Part shown: positions 50,601-61,795 of the stretch, piece by piece
Layout: every line of letters begins with the position of its first letter
Position numbering within the stretch: position 1 is the stretch's first letter
Source: Squalus acanthias
Lineage: Eukaryota
NCBI GenBank assembly: GCA_030390025.1
Contig: CM059431.1
Location: forward strand, 144,214,001 to 144,278,000
Length of the DNA stretch: 64,000 nt
Reading direction: 5' to 3'
Translations under genes and position numbers: made by a program
The notes under the pieces: model-generated
Database searches by the model: none
Told to the model about the DNA's origin: nothing
Seen by the model: only the letters and a program-made list of their open reading frames with translations

Positions 50601-53600
50601 GCTGTTGATATCAATTGTCGCTTCCATTTTTGAGGGCAAGAAGTTGTGGAACCATTCCAAATTACAAGTCAATAAGGTTTGTAGTTATAAGACCAAATTA
50701 CCAATCAATATTTCGGGCTCTGCTGAATATTGACTCTAAAAATTCAGAATTTGGTATTTACCTCCCCAAGGTATTGCAATGAGAAATATTTCACCAGGAT
50801 TTACTGTAGCCAGCGGAGGAACCACTCGTTCATTCGTTAGACTTTTTTTTATTTGTTCCTGGGATGTGAGCGTCGATGGCAAGGCCAGCATTTTTTGCCC
50901 ATCCCTAGTTGCCCTTGAGAAGATGGTGCTGAGCAGCCTTCTTGAACTGCTGCAGTACGTGTGGTGAAGTTACTCCCATAGTGTTGTTTGGGATTGAGTT
51001 CCAGCATTTTGACCCAGCAATGAGAAAGGAACAGCGATATATTTCAAGTCAGGATGGTGTGTAACTTGGAGGGGAACTTGGAGGTGGTGGTGTTCCCATG
51101 CCCCTGCTGCACTTGTCCTTCTAGGTGGTAGAGGTCGCTGGTTGGGGAGGTGCTACCGAAGAAGCCTTGAGGAGTTGCTGCAGTGTATTTTGTAGATGGT
51201 ACACACTGCAGCCACGGTGCGCCGGTGGAGGAGGGGGTGAATGTTTGAGGTGGTGGATGTGCTGCAATCACGCGGGCTGCTTTGTTCTGGACGCTGTCGC
51301 GCATCTTGAGTGTGGTTGGAGCTGCACTCATCCAGGCAAGTGGAGAGTGTTCCATCTCAGTCCTCACTTGTGCCTTTTAGATGTGGGAAGTCTTTGGGGA
51401 GTCAGGAGGTGAGACACTCGCTGCACAATACACAGCCTCTGACCTGCTCATGTGGCCACAGTATTTACGTGCCTTGACCAGCTAAGTTTCTGGTCAATGG
51501 TGACCCTCATGATGTTGATGGTGGTGGATTCGGCGATGGTAATGCCGTTGAATGTCATGGGGCGATGGTTAGGCTCACGCTTGTTGGAGATAGTCATTGG
51601 CTTGTACTTGTTTGGCACTAATTTTGTAGCCACTTATCAGAACAATCCTGAATAGAAACATAGAAACATAGTAAGATAGGAGCAGGAGTGCGCCATTCGG
51701 CCCTTCGAGCCGGCCCCGCCATTCAATATGATCATGGCTGATCCTCTATCTCACTAGCATATTCCCGCTCTCTCCCCATACCCATTGATGCCTTTTACAT
51801 TTAGAAATCTATCTATCTCCTTCTTAAATATATTCAGTGAATTGGCCTTCACACCTTCTTCGGTAGAGAATTCGACACGTTCACCACCCTCTGAGTGAAG
51901 AAATTTCTCATCATCTCAGTCCTACCCCGTATCGTGAGACTGTGACCCCTCTTTCTAGATCACCCATCCAGGGGAAACATCCTCCCTACATCCAGTCTGT
52001 CTAGCCTTGTCAGAATCTTACACGTTTAAATGAGATCCCCTCTCATTCTTCTAAACTCTAGTGAATACAGACCTAGTCGACCCAATCTCTCCTCATTCGA
52101 CAGTCCTTCCATCCCACGAATCAGTCTGGTGAACCTTCGCTGCACTCGCTCTATGGCAAGTATATCCTTTCTTAGGTAAGGAGTCCAAAACTGCACACAG
52201 TACTCCAGGTGTGGTTTCACCAAGGCCCTGTATAACTGTAGTAAGACATCCTTGCTCCTGTACTTAAACGCTTTTCAAAGGAAGGCCAACATACCATTTG
52301 CCTTCCTAACTGCTTGCTGCACCTGCATGTTTGCTTTCAGTGACTGGTGTACAAGAAGACACCCAGGTCCCTTTATACATCAACATTTCCCAATCTATCA
52401 CCATTTAAATAATACTCTGCCTTTCTGTATGTCTACCGAAGTGGATAACTTCACATTTATCCACGTTATACTGCATCTGTCATGTATTTGCCCACTCACT
52501 CAACTTGTCTAAATCGCCTTTAAGCCTCTTTTCATCCTCCTCAAAACTCACAATCCCACCTAGTTTCGTGTCGTCAGCAAACTTGGAAATATTACATTTG
52601 GTTCCCTCATCCAAATCATTGATATATATTGTGAATAGCAGGAGCGTAAGCACTGATCCCTGCGGTACCCCACTAGTCACCGCCTGCCACCCCGAAAAAG
52701 ACCCATTTATTCCTACTCTCTGTTTCCTGTTTGTTAACCAATTTTCAATCCATTCCAGTATATTACCCCCAATCACATGTGTTTTAATTTTGCACACTAA
52801 CCTCTTATGTGGGATTTTATCAACGGCCTTCTGAAACTTCAAATACACCACATCCACTGGTTCTCCCTTATCTATTCTACCTGTTACATCCTCAAAAACT
52901 CCAGTAGGTCGTCCACGCATTGCTGCATGCGGGCATGGGGTGCTTCTTTATCTGAGGAGTTGTGAATTGAACTGAACACAGTGAAATCATCAGCGAACTT
53001 CCACACTTCTGACCGTATGATGGTGGGAAGGTCATTGATGAACCAGCTGTAGATCGTTGGGCCGAGGACAGGGCCCTGAGGCTCTCCTGCAGCGATATCC
53101 TGGGGCAGAGATGATTGACCTCCAACAACCACATCTATCTTCCTTTGTGTTATATTTGTGATATGAATCCAGCCAGTGGAGAATTCCCTCCTGATTCCCA
53201 TTGATTTTAATTCTACTTTGTCTCCTCGATGCCACACTCGGTCAAATGCAGCCTTGGTTTCAAAGGCAGTCACTCTCACCTCATCTCTGGAATTCAGTAC
53301 TTTTGTCCATGTTTGGAACAAGGCTGCAATGAGGTCTGGAGCCGAGTGATCCTGGAAGAACGCAAATTGAGTATCGGTGAGCAGGTTATTGGTTAGCCTG
53401 TGCCGCTTGATAGCACTGTCGATGACACATTCCATCAATTTGCTGTTGATTGAGAGTAGACTGATGGGGCTGTAATTGGTCGGATTGGATTGGTCCTGTT
53501 TTTTGTGGACAGGAAGTACCTGGGCAATTTTTCACATTGTCGGAAAGATGTCAGAGTTGTAGCTGTATTGGAACAGCTTGGTTAGAGGTGCGACTAGTTC

Positions 53601-54886
53601 TGGAGCCCCAGTCTTCAGCACGACAGCGGCGATTGCTGTCGGGACCCATAGCTTTTGCTGTAACCAGTGCACTCAGTCGTTTCTTGGTATCACGTGGAGT
53701 GAATTGAATAGGCTGAAGACTGGTTTCTGTGATGGTGGGGAACTCAGTAGGAGGTCGATATGGTTCATCTGCTCAGCAATTCTGGCTGAAGATGGTTGCA
53801 CACGCTTCAGACTTGTCTTTTGCACTTGTGTGCTGGGGTTCGCCATCATTGAGGATGGAGATGTCTGTTTAATTCCTATGACTTATTGTACTTGAATTTG
53901 TAGTAGCAGATCCAAACGTTGCGGCGCCCTCTACAGTGCATCTGGGACCTGTGTGAACAGAACAAGCAATTGTGTATCCCTTTCACCAATCATAGTGAAG
54001 GTGTGAAGTATGAACAGCGCAGATTGTGAAACAGGAAGTGTAAGTTAGAATAAGTATTCAATGTCAAATCAGGCATTGAAAGCGAATCAGAGAAAGGGAA
54101 AGAAAGATTGGATTCAGAGAGAGAGAAAAGAACAGAAAGAAAGATAAACCACTCGTTTTCAATTTTTACTTTTAACAATAATCTCTATCAACAATGAATA
54201 TCTGAAGGAATGAGACTCAACATTCGTAAATGTTAATTATCAATGCTGGAAAGGTTGTTTGTCAGTAATTAAAAATTATCACAATTTTAAAATTGCTACT
54301 TTGACTGATATGGACAATCCCTAGCTTTCTGTGGTGAGATTATTCCCTCTCTACCGGGCAAGTGCAGGAAATGTACGCAGCTGAGTACATTTGAATGGCG
54401 CCCCGGACAGCGAGAGGCCATTTTCGAGCAGTTTAACGAATAGCGGTGGATCTCGGACAGTAACTCCAGGTTTCTTCGTTGAACTGCGCATCTGTGCTGG
54501 CTGGAAGTAGCTGTCCGATTTGTGAATAAATAACAGTGAGTGCCATTAGCCTCACCATTATTTTGACAGTAAATTCCAGCCCATTATAAGGTATGCCGCG
54601 ATTTTCATTTATCGAGGTTTTTCACACTTTACGAGGAGCAATTCATCATCGTTTATCTCAGTTTGTTTGTTTGCATATTTATTTATTTGTTTATTTATTT
54701 TCTGTTTCCTAACAATTCCATTTTCCTTCCCAGCCTTCCAATGAGCCTGCGGATCAGGACAACAGGCCTCAAACAACAATCCCCAAGGTCCAACCAGAAC
54801 AGTCTGATGCCACCACCGTTATAGAAAGTTTTTTAACGGTACAAAATGGAGCTCGTACAATGGGACACATTATAGATGAAATTTAA
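41445..54886 (+). CDS. MS4A (CD20/FceRI-beta family) four-transmembrane protein gene, six coding exons, about 230 aa; possibly pseudogenised at exon 4
   Basis: Phase-0 GT-AG exons 41445-41609, 45805-45915, 47391-47447, 48467-48547, 50551-50676, 54734-54886. They spell PKILG|VIQILLG...HWCGALS|FLISGSL...[14 protein letters not shown]...|...[10 protein letters not shown], the MS4A pattern. Confidence 0.85.
41885..42265 (-). mobile_element. 3' fragment of the second LINE family
   Basis: Similar to 50845-51250 (same orientation) and to 26775-27180 (inverted). Confidence 0.75.
42478..42612 (+). mobile_element. Solo Penelope pLTR fragment with a minimal hammerhead core
   Basis: Reverse-complement match to 17580-17715; contains AGTT-CTGATGA-A-GGGTC(CCA)GACCT-GAAAC-GTT-AACT. 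Confidence 0.8.
42962..43142. mobile_element. Short palindromic MITE-like element
   Basis: GGGCTAGAAATT / AATTTCTAGGCC ends; inner inverted pair CACAAAATGGGCG / CGCCCGTTTTGTG. Confidence 0.65.
43238..45395 (-). mobile_element. CR1 LINE, 5'-truncated, in MS4A intron
   Basis: RT ORF 43857-44699 ([10 protein letters not shown]); (CATAAGAA)n tail. Confidence 0.92.
43876..43960 (+). mobile_element. 85-bp Penelope-type insertion inside CR1, with truncated hammerhead core
   Basis: TSD TAATGA at 43870 and 43961; (TGA)GGA-A-GGAGC(GAACA)GCTCC-GAAAGCTT followed by AATAAA. Confidence 0.7.
45805..45915 (+). CDS. MS4A coding exon 2 (TM1 to start of TM2)
   Basis: ttttag|[37 protein letters not shown]|gtgagt, 111 nt. 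Confidence 0.85.
46218..46820 (-). mobile_element. CR1 3' fragment
   Basis: High similarity to 27398-27980. Confidence 0.88.
46880..47340 (+). mobile_element. Old CR1 3' fragment
   Basis: YSLEHRRL...[22 protein letters not shown]1 3' UTR. Confidence 0.75.
47391..47447 (+). CDS. MS4A coding exon 3 (TM2 end and loop)
   Basis: ttcccag|[19 protein letters not shown]|gtaagt, 57 nt; the ISGSL motif is characteristic of MS4A. Confidence 0.9.
48467..48547 (+). CDS. MS4A coding exon 4 (TM3); 3' end ambiguous (48547 or 48612)
   Basis: Branch-like CCTAAC, pyrimidine tract, ag|[27 protein letters not shown]|gttagg; a stronger GTAAGT at 48613 is one nt out of frame. Confidence 0.75.
48620..49075 (-). 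mobile_element. CR1 fragment
   Basis: [21 protein letters not shown]...LGLFFLEQR. Confidence 0.8.
49530..49856 (+). mobile_element. CR1 3' end
   Basis: ...GGCAGAATGGCCTCCTTCTCTGCTGTATCATTCTATGATTCTATG tail. Confidence 0.8.
50551..50676 (+). CDS. MS4A coding exon 5 (TM4)
   Basis: ccacag|[42 protein letters not shown]|gtttgt, 126 nt. Confidence 0.8.
50845..53865 (-). mobile_element. LINE of the second (CR1-group) family, decayed, split by a CR1
   Basis: [25 protein letters not shown]; sequence is continuous across the 51653-52907 insertion. Confidence 0.85.
51653..52907 (-). mobile_element. CR1 LINE, 5'-truncated, nested in the second-family LINE
   Basis: RT ORFs 52480-52920 and 52026-52223; (CATAGAAA)n tail. 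Confidence 0.9.
54734..54886 (+). CDS. Candidate MS4A terminal exon (cytoplasmic tail)
   Basis: Strong acceptor ttttccttcccag|[18 protein letters not shown]...DEI*; correct phase but no conserved motif. Confidence 0.5.
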   Translation, partial: PSNEPADQDNRPQTTIPKVQPEQSDATTVIESFLTVQNGARTMGHIIDEI

Positions 54887-55692
54887 CGTAGAGAATTGTA
54901 AAGTGTTGCATTTTTGAAGGAAGAATGAGGACTATCTTTATGAACTAAAAAGTACAATTTAAAAAGGGGTGCAGGAACCGAGTGACCTGGGGGTTCAGGA
55001 TCACACAATTTTCATGGTGGCAGGACAAGCTGATACAGCTGTTAACAGCATATGGGATCATTTGCTTTGTAAATAGAGGCACAGCGTACAAAAGCAGCGA
55101 GGTTATGCTAATTCACTGTAAATTATTGATTAGTCCTCAAATGGAGCATTGTGTCCAATTTTGGACACCACATTTTGGAATGATATCAAGAATTTGCAAA
55201 TGGTGCAGAGGAGATTTAATAGAATGTGAGCAGGGATGAGTGGTTTCAGTTATGTCGAGAGCCTATAGAAGCTGGGATTGTTCTCCTTAGAGCAGGAAAG
55301 GATAAGGGGAGATTCATTTGAAGTGTTCAAAATTATGAGTCGTTTTGATAGAATAAATGAGGAGAAGCTATTTCCACTGGCAGAGGAGCTGGTAACCAGA
55401 GGATAGAGATTTAACGTAATTGGCAAAAGTGCAAGAGGGGAGATGAGGAGAAACGTATTTACACAGCGAGTTGTTGTGATCTGGAATGCACTGTTTGAAA
55501 TGGCGGTGAAAGCAGATTCAATTGTAACTTTCAAAAGGTAAGTGGAAAGACTTAAAACGGAAAAATTTGCAGGGCTATGGGGAAAGAGCAGGGGAGTGGG
55601 TGTAATTGGATCGCTCTTTCAGAGAGTCAGCACGGGCACGATGGCGCGAATGGCCTCTTTCGGTGCTGTATCATTCTGTGGTTCGATGATTC
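54860..55692 (+). mobile_element. CR1 3' fragment
   Basis: PQMEHCVQFWTPHF and a CR1 3' UTR. Confidence 0.8.
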
Positions 55693-56204
55693 AGCAAGAA
55701 GACTATTTGGTGCAGTGGCGTCTAAATCCAGTCATGAATGACGTCATTTTTCCATCGAACAACACGGGTGAAGCTAAGAGAATTACATGAAAAACCAACT
55801 CATAAATAAACTGAATAAAGAGAAATTTGAGACGTATCACAACTGTTTATAGTGTGGAAAAATCACCCTGAAATATAACAGTAATCTGATCTGAATGTTT
55901 GGACTTTCTGCAGTGAACGATCTTGTTGATCTTTGATGCAGTAATGCACGTTGTGTTTAAACGATTGAAATAAACTACCTACGGCGCTATATTATTATTG
56001 TCTTAAGACGATCTTATTTTCTTTCTGCACCTCCTGTCAATCCCCCACCCCCGCCTCACCTGTCACCCATGATATGCTTCATTACTTGTTGGTAGGCGAT
56101 CATTCATAGAATCATCGAAGCATAGAAGATAGGAGCAGGAGTAGGCAATTCGGCCCCTCGAGCCTGCACCTCCATTTAATGAGATCATGGCTGATCATCC
56201 AAAT

Positions 56205-59030
56205 TCAGTACCCTGTCCCTGCTTTCTCCCCATACCCCTTGATCCCTTTAGGTTTAAGAAGTATATATATCTCCTTCTTGAATATATTTAATGCATTGGC
56301 CTCAACTACCTTATGTGGTAGAGAATTCCACAGGCTCACCACTCTCTGGGTGAAGAAATTCCTCCTCATCTCAGTCCTAAATGGCTTACCCCTTATTCTT
56401 AGACTGTGACCTCTGGTTCTGAACTCCCCCGCCATCGGGAACATCCTTCCTGCATCCAGTCTGTCTAGTCCTGTCAGAATTTTATGAATTTCAATGAGAT
56501 CCCCTCTCATTCTTCTAAACTCTAGCGAATATAAGCCTAATCGACCCAATCTCTCTTCATACGTCATTCCTGCCATCCCAGGTATCAGTCTGGTAAATCT
56601 TCGCTGTACTCCCTCCATGGCAAGATTATCCTTCCTCAGATAAGGCGACCAAAACTGCACACAATACTCCAGGTGTGGTCTCACCAAGGCCTTGTACAAC
56701 TGCAGCAAGACATCGTTGCTGCTGTACTCGAATCCTCGCGCTATGAAGGCCAATATACCATTTGCCTTCTTAACCGCCTGCTGCACCTGCATGCTTACCT
56801 TCAGCGCCTGGTGCACAAGGACTCCCAGATCTCGTTGCACTTCCCCTTTTCCCAATTTACTACCGTTCAGAAAATAATCTGTCTTCCTGTTTTTGCCACC
56901 AAAGTGGATAACCTCGCATTTATCTACATTATACTGCATCTGCCATGCATCTGCCCAATCACCCAACCTGTCCAAATCATACTGGAGTTTCTCTGCATCC
57001 ACCTCACAGGAAACACGCCCACCCAGCTTTGTGTCGTCTGCAAATTTAGAGATATTACATCTAGTTCCCTCGTCTAGATCATTAATATATATTGTGAATA
57101 ACTGGGGTCCTAGCACCGATCCCTGCGGTACCCCACTAGTCACTGCCTGCCACTCGGAAAAAGACACGTTTATTCCAACTCTTTGCTTCCTGTCTGCCAA
57201 CCAGTTCTCTATCCAAATCAGTACCTTACCCCCAATCCCATGTGCTTTAACTTTGCACGCTAATCTCTAATCCGGGACCTTATCGAAAGCCTTCTGAAAG
57301 TCCAAATACACCACATCCACTAATTCTCCAATATCCATTCTACCAGTTACATACTCAAAAAATTCCAGTAGATTAGTCAGGCATGATTTACCTTTTGTAA
57401 ATCCATGTTGACTTTGTCCGATCCTGTCACTGTTTTTCAATTGCTCTGCTATTACATCTTTTATAATGGACTCCAGCATTTTGCCCACTCCCGATGTCAG
57501 GCTTACCGGTCTATAATTCACCGTTTTTTCTCTACCACCTTTTTTAAATAGTGGGGTTACATTAGCTACCCTTCAATCCATGGGAACTGTTCCAGAGTCT
57601 ATAGAATTTTGAAATGTGACCAGCAATGCATCTACTATTTCTAGGGCCACTTCCTTATGTACCCTAGGATGTAGATTATCAGGCCCTGGGGATTTATCGG
57701 CCTTCAATCCCATCAATTTCCCGAACACCATATCCCTACAAATCCTGATTTCATTCAATTCCTCTCTCTCATTAGACCATATGTTTCCCGACATCTCTGG
57801 GAGGTTTATTTTTGTCCTCCTTTGTGAACCCAGAACCAAAGTATGCATTTAATTGATCTGCCATTTCTTTGTTCCCCATTATAAATTCCCCTGATTCTGA
57901 CTGCAAGGGACCTACGCTTGACTTCACCAATCTTTTACTCTTCCCATATCTATAGAAGTTTTTACAGTCAGTTTTTATGTTCCCAATAAGCTTACTCTCA
58001 TATTCTATTTTCCCCCTCTTAATTAATCCTTTTATCCTCCTTTGCTGAATCCTAAACTGCTCCCAATCCTCAGGATTGCTGCTTTTTCTAGCCAATTTAT
58101 ATGTCCTCTCCTTGGACCTTATGCTGTCCCTAATTTCCCTTGTTACCCACGGTTGAGTCACCTTTTTTGTTTTATTTTCATGCCAAACAGCGATGAACAA
58201 ATTCTGTAGTTCATCCATGCGAACTTTAAATGTTTGCCATTGCCTATCCACCATCAACCCTTTATGTAACGCTCCCCAATCCATCCTAGCCAACTCTCGC
58301 CTAGTACCATCGTAGTTTCCTTTATTTAAATTCAGGTACCTAGTCACTGAGTCAACTACTTCACTCTCCTTCTTAAAGAAGAATTATATCATATTATGAT
58401 CGCTCCTCCCCAAAGGACCTCGCACAACAAGATTGCTAATTAATCCTTTCTCATTACATAATGGCCAGTCTAAGATGGCCTGATCTCTAGTTGGTTCCTC
58501 GACATATTTGTCCAGGAAACCATCCGGTATACCCTCTCGGAATTCCTCCTCCACAGTATTGTTATTAATTTGGTTAGCCCAATCTATATGTAGATTAAAA
58601 TCACCTATGATAACTGTCGTGCCCTTATTGCGTGTGTCTCTAACTTCCCATTTAATGCCATCCCCAACCTCAGCATTAGTGTTTGGGGGTCTGTATACAA
58701 CTCCCACTACCGTTTTCTGCCCCTTGGTATTTCTCAGCTCCACCCATACAGATTCCACATCATCAGAGCTAATATCCTTCCATACTATTGTGTTAATCTC
58801 CTCTTCAACCAGCAATGCTACCCCACCTCCTTTTCCTTTTTGTCTGTCCTTCCTGAATATTGAATACCCCTGGCTGTTGAATTCCCAGCCTTGGTCACCC
58901 TGGAGCCATGTCTCCGTAATCCCAATGATATCATATCCATTTACATCTATTTGCACAGCTAATTCATCCACCTTATTACGAATGCTCCTCCCATTAAGAC
59001 ACAAAGCCTTCAGCCTTGTTTTTTAACGCT
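56205..59030 (-). pseudogene. CR1 ORF2 (AP endonuclease + reverse transcriptase), three in-frame stops and one frameshift
   Basis: CLNGRSIRNK, ITETWL, GDFN, SDH, FADD. Stops at 58384, 57573 and 57267; frameshift near 57800. Confidence 0.92.
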
Positions 59031-59188
59031 CTTAGTCCTTTTAGAATTATTATTTACTGTAGCCCTGTTTGATTTACACCCTTGATTTCTCTGCCTTCCA
59101 CTTTTGCTTTTCTCCTTCCTGTCTTTTGCTTATATCCTTGCTTCCCTTTCCTCTGTTTCCCTGCACAGGTTCTCAACCCCCTGCCATT

Positions 59189-60139
59189 TTAGCTTAAACC
59201 CTCCGCAACAGCACTAACAAACACTCCCCCTAGGACATCGGTCCCAGTCCTGCCCAAGTGCAAACCGTCCAGTTTGTACTGGTCCCACCTCCCCCAGAAC
59301 CGGTTCCAATGTCCCAGGAATTTGAATCCCTCCCCCTTGCAACATTCCTCTAGCCACGTATTCATCTGAAATATCCTTCTATTTCTACTCTGACTAGCAC
59401 GTGGCACCGGTAGCAATCCTGAGATTATTACCTTTGAGGTCCTATTTTTTAATTTACCTCCTAACTCCCTATATTCAGCTTTTAGGACCTCTTCCCGTTT
59501 TTTACCTATATCTTTGGGACATATATGCACCACGCCAACTGGCTGTTCACCCTCCCCCTCCAGAATGCCCTGCAGCCGCTCCGAGACATCCTTGACCCTT
59601 GCAACAGGGAAGCAACATACCATCCTGGAGTCTCATTTGCGGCCGCAGAAACGCCTATCTATTCCACTTACAATAGAATCCCCTATCACTATAGCTCTCC
59701 CGCTCTTTTTCCTCCCGTCCTGTGCAGCAGAGCCACCCATGGTGCCAGGAAGTTGGTTGCTGCTGCCTTCCCCCGATAAGCTATCCTTCTCAACAATATC
59801 CAAAGCGGTATATCGGTTTGAGAGGGGGGTGGCCACAGGGGACCCCTGCACTACGTGCCTGCGCCTACTACTCTGCCTGGTGGTCACCCATTCCCTTCCT
59901 GCCTTTGCAGCATTTAGCTGCGGTGTAACCAACTCATGAAACGTGATATCCACTACGTCCTCAGCATCGCGAAAGCTACAGTATGCATCCATTTGCAGCT
60001 CCAGCGCCGCAATGCGCTCTGCGAGTAGCTGCAGCTGGATACACATTCCGCACACATGGTCGTCAGGGACACAGGAAGTGTCCCTGATTTCCCACATAGT
60101 GCAGGAGGAGCATGACACGGGGCCGAGCTGTGCTACCAT
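59189..60139 (-). pseudogene. CR1 ORF1 (CxxC zinc finger, coiled coil, SGNH esterase), one in-frame stop
   Basis: CSSC...CGMC, IVIGDSIV, DGLHL; TGA at 59635-59633 is in frame with the downstream ORF. Confidence 0.9.
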
Positions 60140-60449
60140 GACTTATCCTTTAATTAATTTAAATTAAATTAAATCAAATCGATACCAAAAATTACACCAC
60201 AATTAAATGATATATTCAAGGGCCCTTGTTTACTAGCACTCTCCGCTACACAACTGAGACCTTAGAAACTAAAAACACAAACTTAAGACCTTCTAAACTT
60301 TATAAACTATTAACCTTAACACACAACTATACAGTAGTATAAATACTCACCTGGCCGTACTCACCCAATCAGCTGCTTCCTCTTGTCCGAGTCACTTTTT
60401 GAATCGTGACTTTGCTCTGGAAGGCCGACGCCGGTCTGTGCGATTGGTA

Positions 60450-60820
60450 AGGCTCTGTAAAAATGCCCGCGAAAGTGAGGTTAAATACTCACTGTGCTGT
60501 TGCTCTCTCCGCTCCTGAAACCGGCTTCTGAAAAAAGCCCGCGAATGTGAGTTTAAATCCTCACCGTACAGTCGCTCTCTCCGTTCCCGACACCGGCCTC
60601 TGTAAAAAAGCCCGCGAAAGTGAGTTTAAATACACATTCTACCGTCGCTCTCTCCGCTCCCGACACTGGCCTCTGAAAAAAGCCCGGGAAAGTGAGTTTA
60701 AATATTCACTGTGCTGCTGCTCTCTCCGCTCCCGACACTGGCCTCTGAAAAAAGCCCGGAAAAGTGAGTTTAAATACTCACTGTACCATCGCTCTCTCTG
60801 CTGCCGACACCGGCCTCTGA
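60450..60820. repeat. 72-bp tandem array (5 copies) at the CR1 5' end
   Basis: GCCCG starts at 60465, 60537, 60610, 60682, 60754; each unit has the imperfect palindrome GTGAGTTTAAATACTCAC. Confidence 0.93.
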
Positions 60821-60878
60821 AGTGGGAATTGGAACCCACACCTGAACACAGCGCCTTTGACCGGTCGGCCATCCTGAC
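60815..60878 (-). pseudogene. tRNA-Leu(CAG)-derived fragment lacking the variable arm
   Basis: GTCAGGATGGCCGACCGGTCAAAGGCGCTGTGTTCAGGT/GTGGGTTCCAATTCCCACTTC resembles vertebrate tRNA-Leu(CAG) with about 19 nt deleted. Confidence 0.8.
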
Positions 60879-61174
60879 TCACTGCACGGCTGCTCAATTT
60901 ACCGGAATTGCCCTACAGAGGCCCAGAGAAGGTGTCACTCATTGTCCTCCTGTAAATACTGGAAGGCTCAGTGACCTTAAACAACATCACTTCTGTCCCA
61001 CACTAAAACCTCTCAATCCTTCTCCTCCGTTGCCTTTTACAGACTTTTCACTGATTGAAAGCAGTCAATTCACATAGGATTTCTTTTTAAGTGATTTTGG
61101 GTTTGAATGAGCTCACTAATTGTCCTCGCCTAATCTCCTGAATCAGATAATTCTCGTCGGAATTCTTTTAACAG

Positions 61175-61795
61175 AATCATAGAATCATATAATGATACAG
61201 CACAGAAGGAGGTCATTCGGCCCATCAAGCCTGTGCCGGCTCTTTGACAGAGCTATCCCATTAATCAGTGCCCCCTGCTCTTTCCCCATTACCTGTAAAA
61301 TGTTCCCTTCAATTATTTATCCAGTTCTCATTTGAAAGTTACTTTTCTCTGCCTTCACCCCCTTTCAGATAATGCATTTTACATCACAACAACTCGCTGT
61401 GTAAAAAATATCGTCTCCTGGTTCTTCCTCGACGTGGACCGGCTGCTCTCGGTCCCCAGGACGTGGCCATTCTAATTCTGAGACTGCAGCCAGTTTTGTT
61501 CGGACTGAGTTTTGACTGGAACGTCACACCTGCCTCGCAAAGGACAATGAAGCAGGGGAGGTTGTAACCTCTGAGAGTCTGAGGCCCGTCAGAAATGGTT
61601 GTGTATCAGTATTCCGAACTCTTTCTGTTAGCTTTCACAGTTTTACCATTTATTGTACATCATTTGAAGAGAACAAAAACATGGCTATGGGGAAAGAGCA
61701 GGGGAGTGGTATTAATTGGATAGATCTGCGAAAGAGCCGGCACAGGCACGATGGGCCGAACGGCCTCCTCCTCTGCAGTATCACTCTATAATTCC
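61175..61795. mobile_element. Two short CR1 3' ends in opposite orientation (61175-61420 minus, 61660-61795 plus)
   Basis: (CATAGAAT)n tail and GGGCCGAACGGCCTCCTC stem-loop motifs. Confidence 0.7.

Larger units (their letters stand above)
56105..60814 (-). mobile_element. Near full-length CR1 LINE (5' UTR, ORF1, ORF2, 3' tail), inactivated
   Basis: ORF1 and ORF2 complete in layout; tail (CATAGAAT)n-like at 56105; 5' tandem array. Confidence 0.95.

Noticed and set aside
52884..53438. RT ORF apparently continuous with the CR1 ORF at 52480-52920
   Set aside because: Junction between two nested LINE families, not a single element.
60815..60878. Functional tRNA gene
   Set aside because: 3' anticodon stem and variable arm are deleted, B box altered, acceptor stem imperfect.
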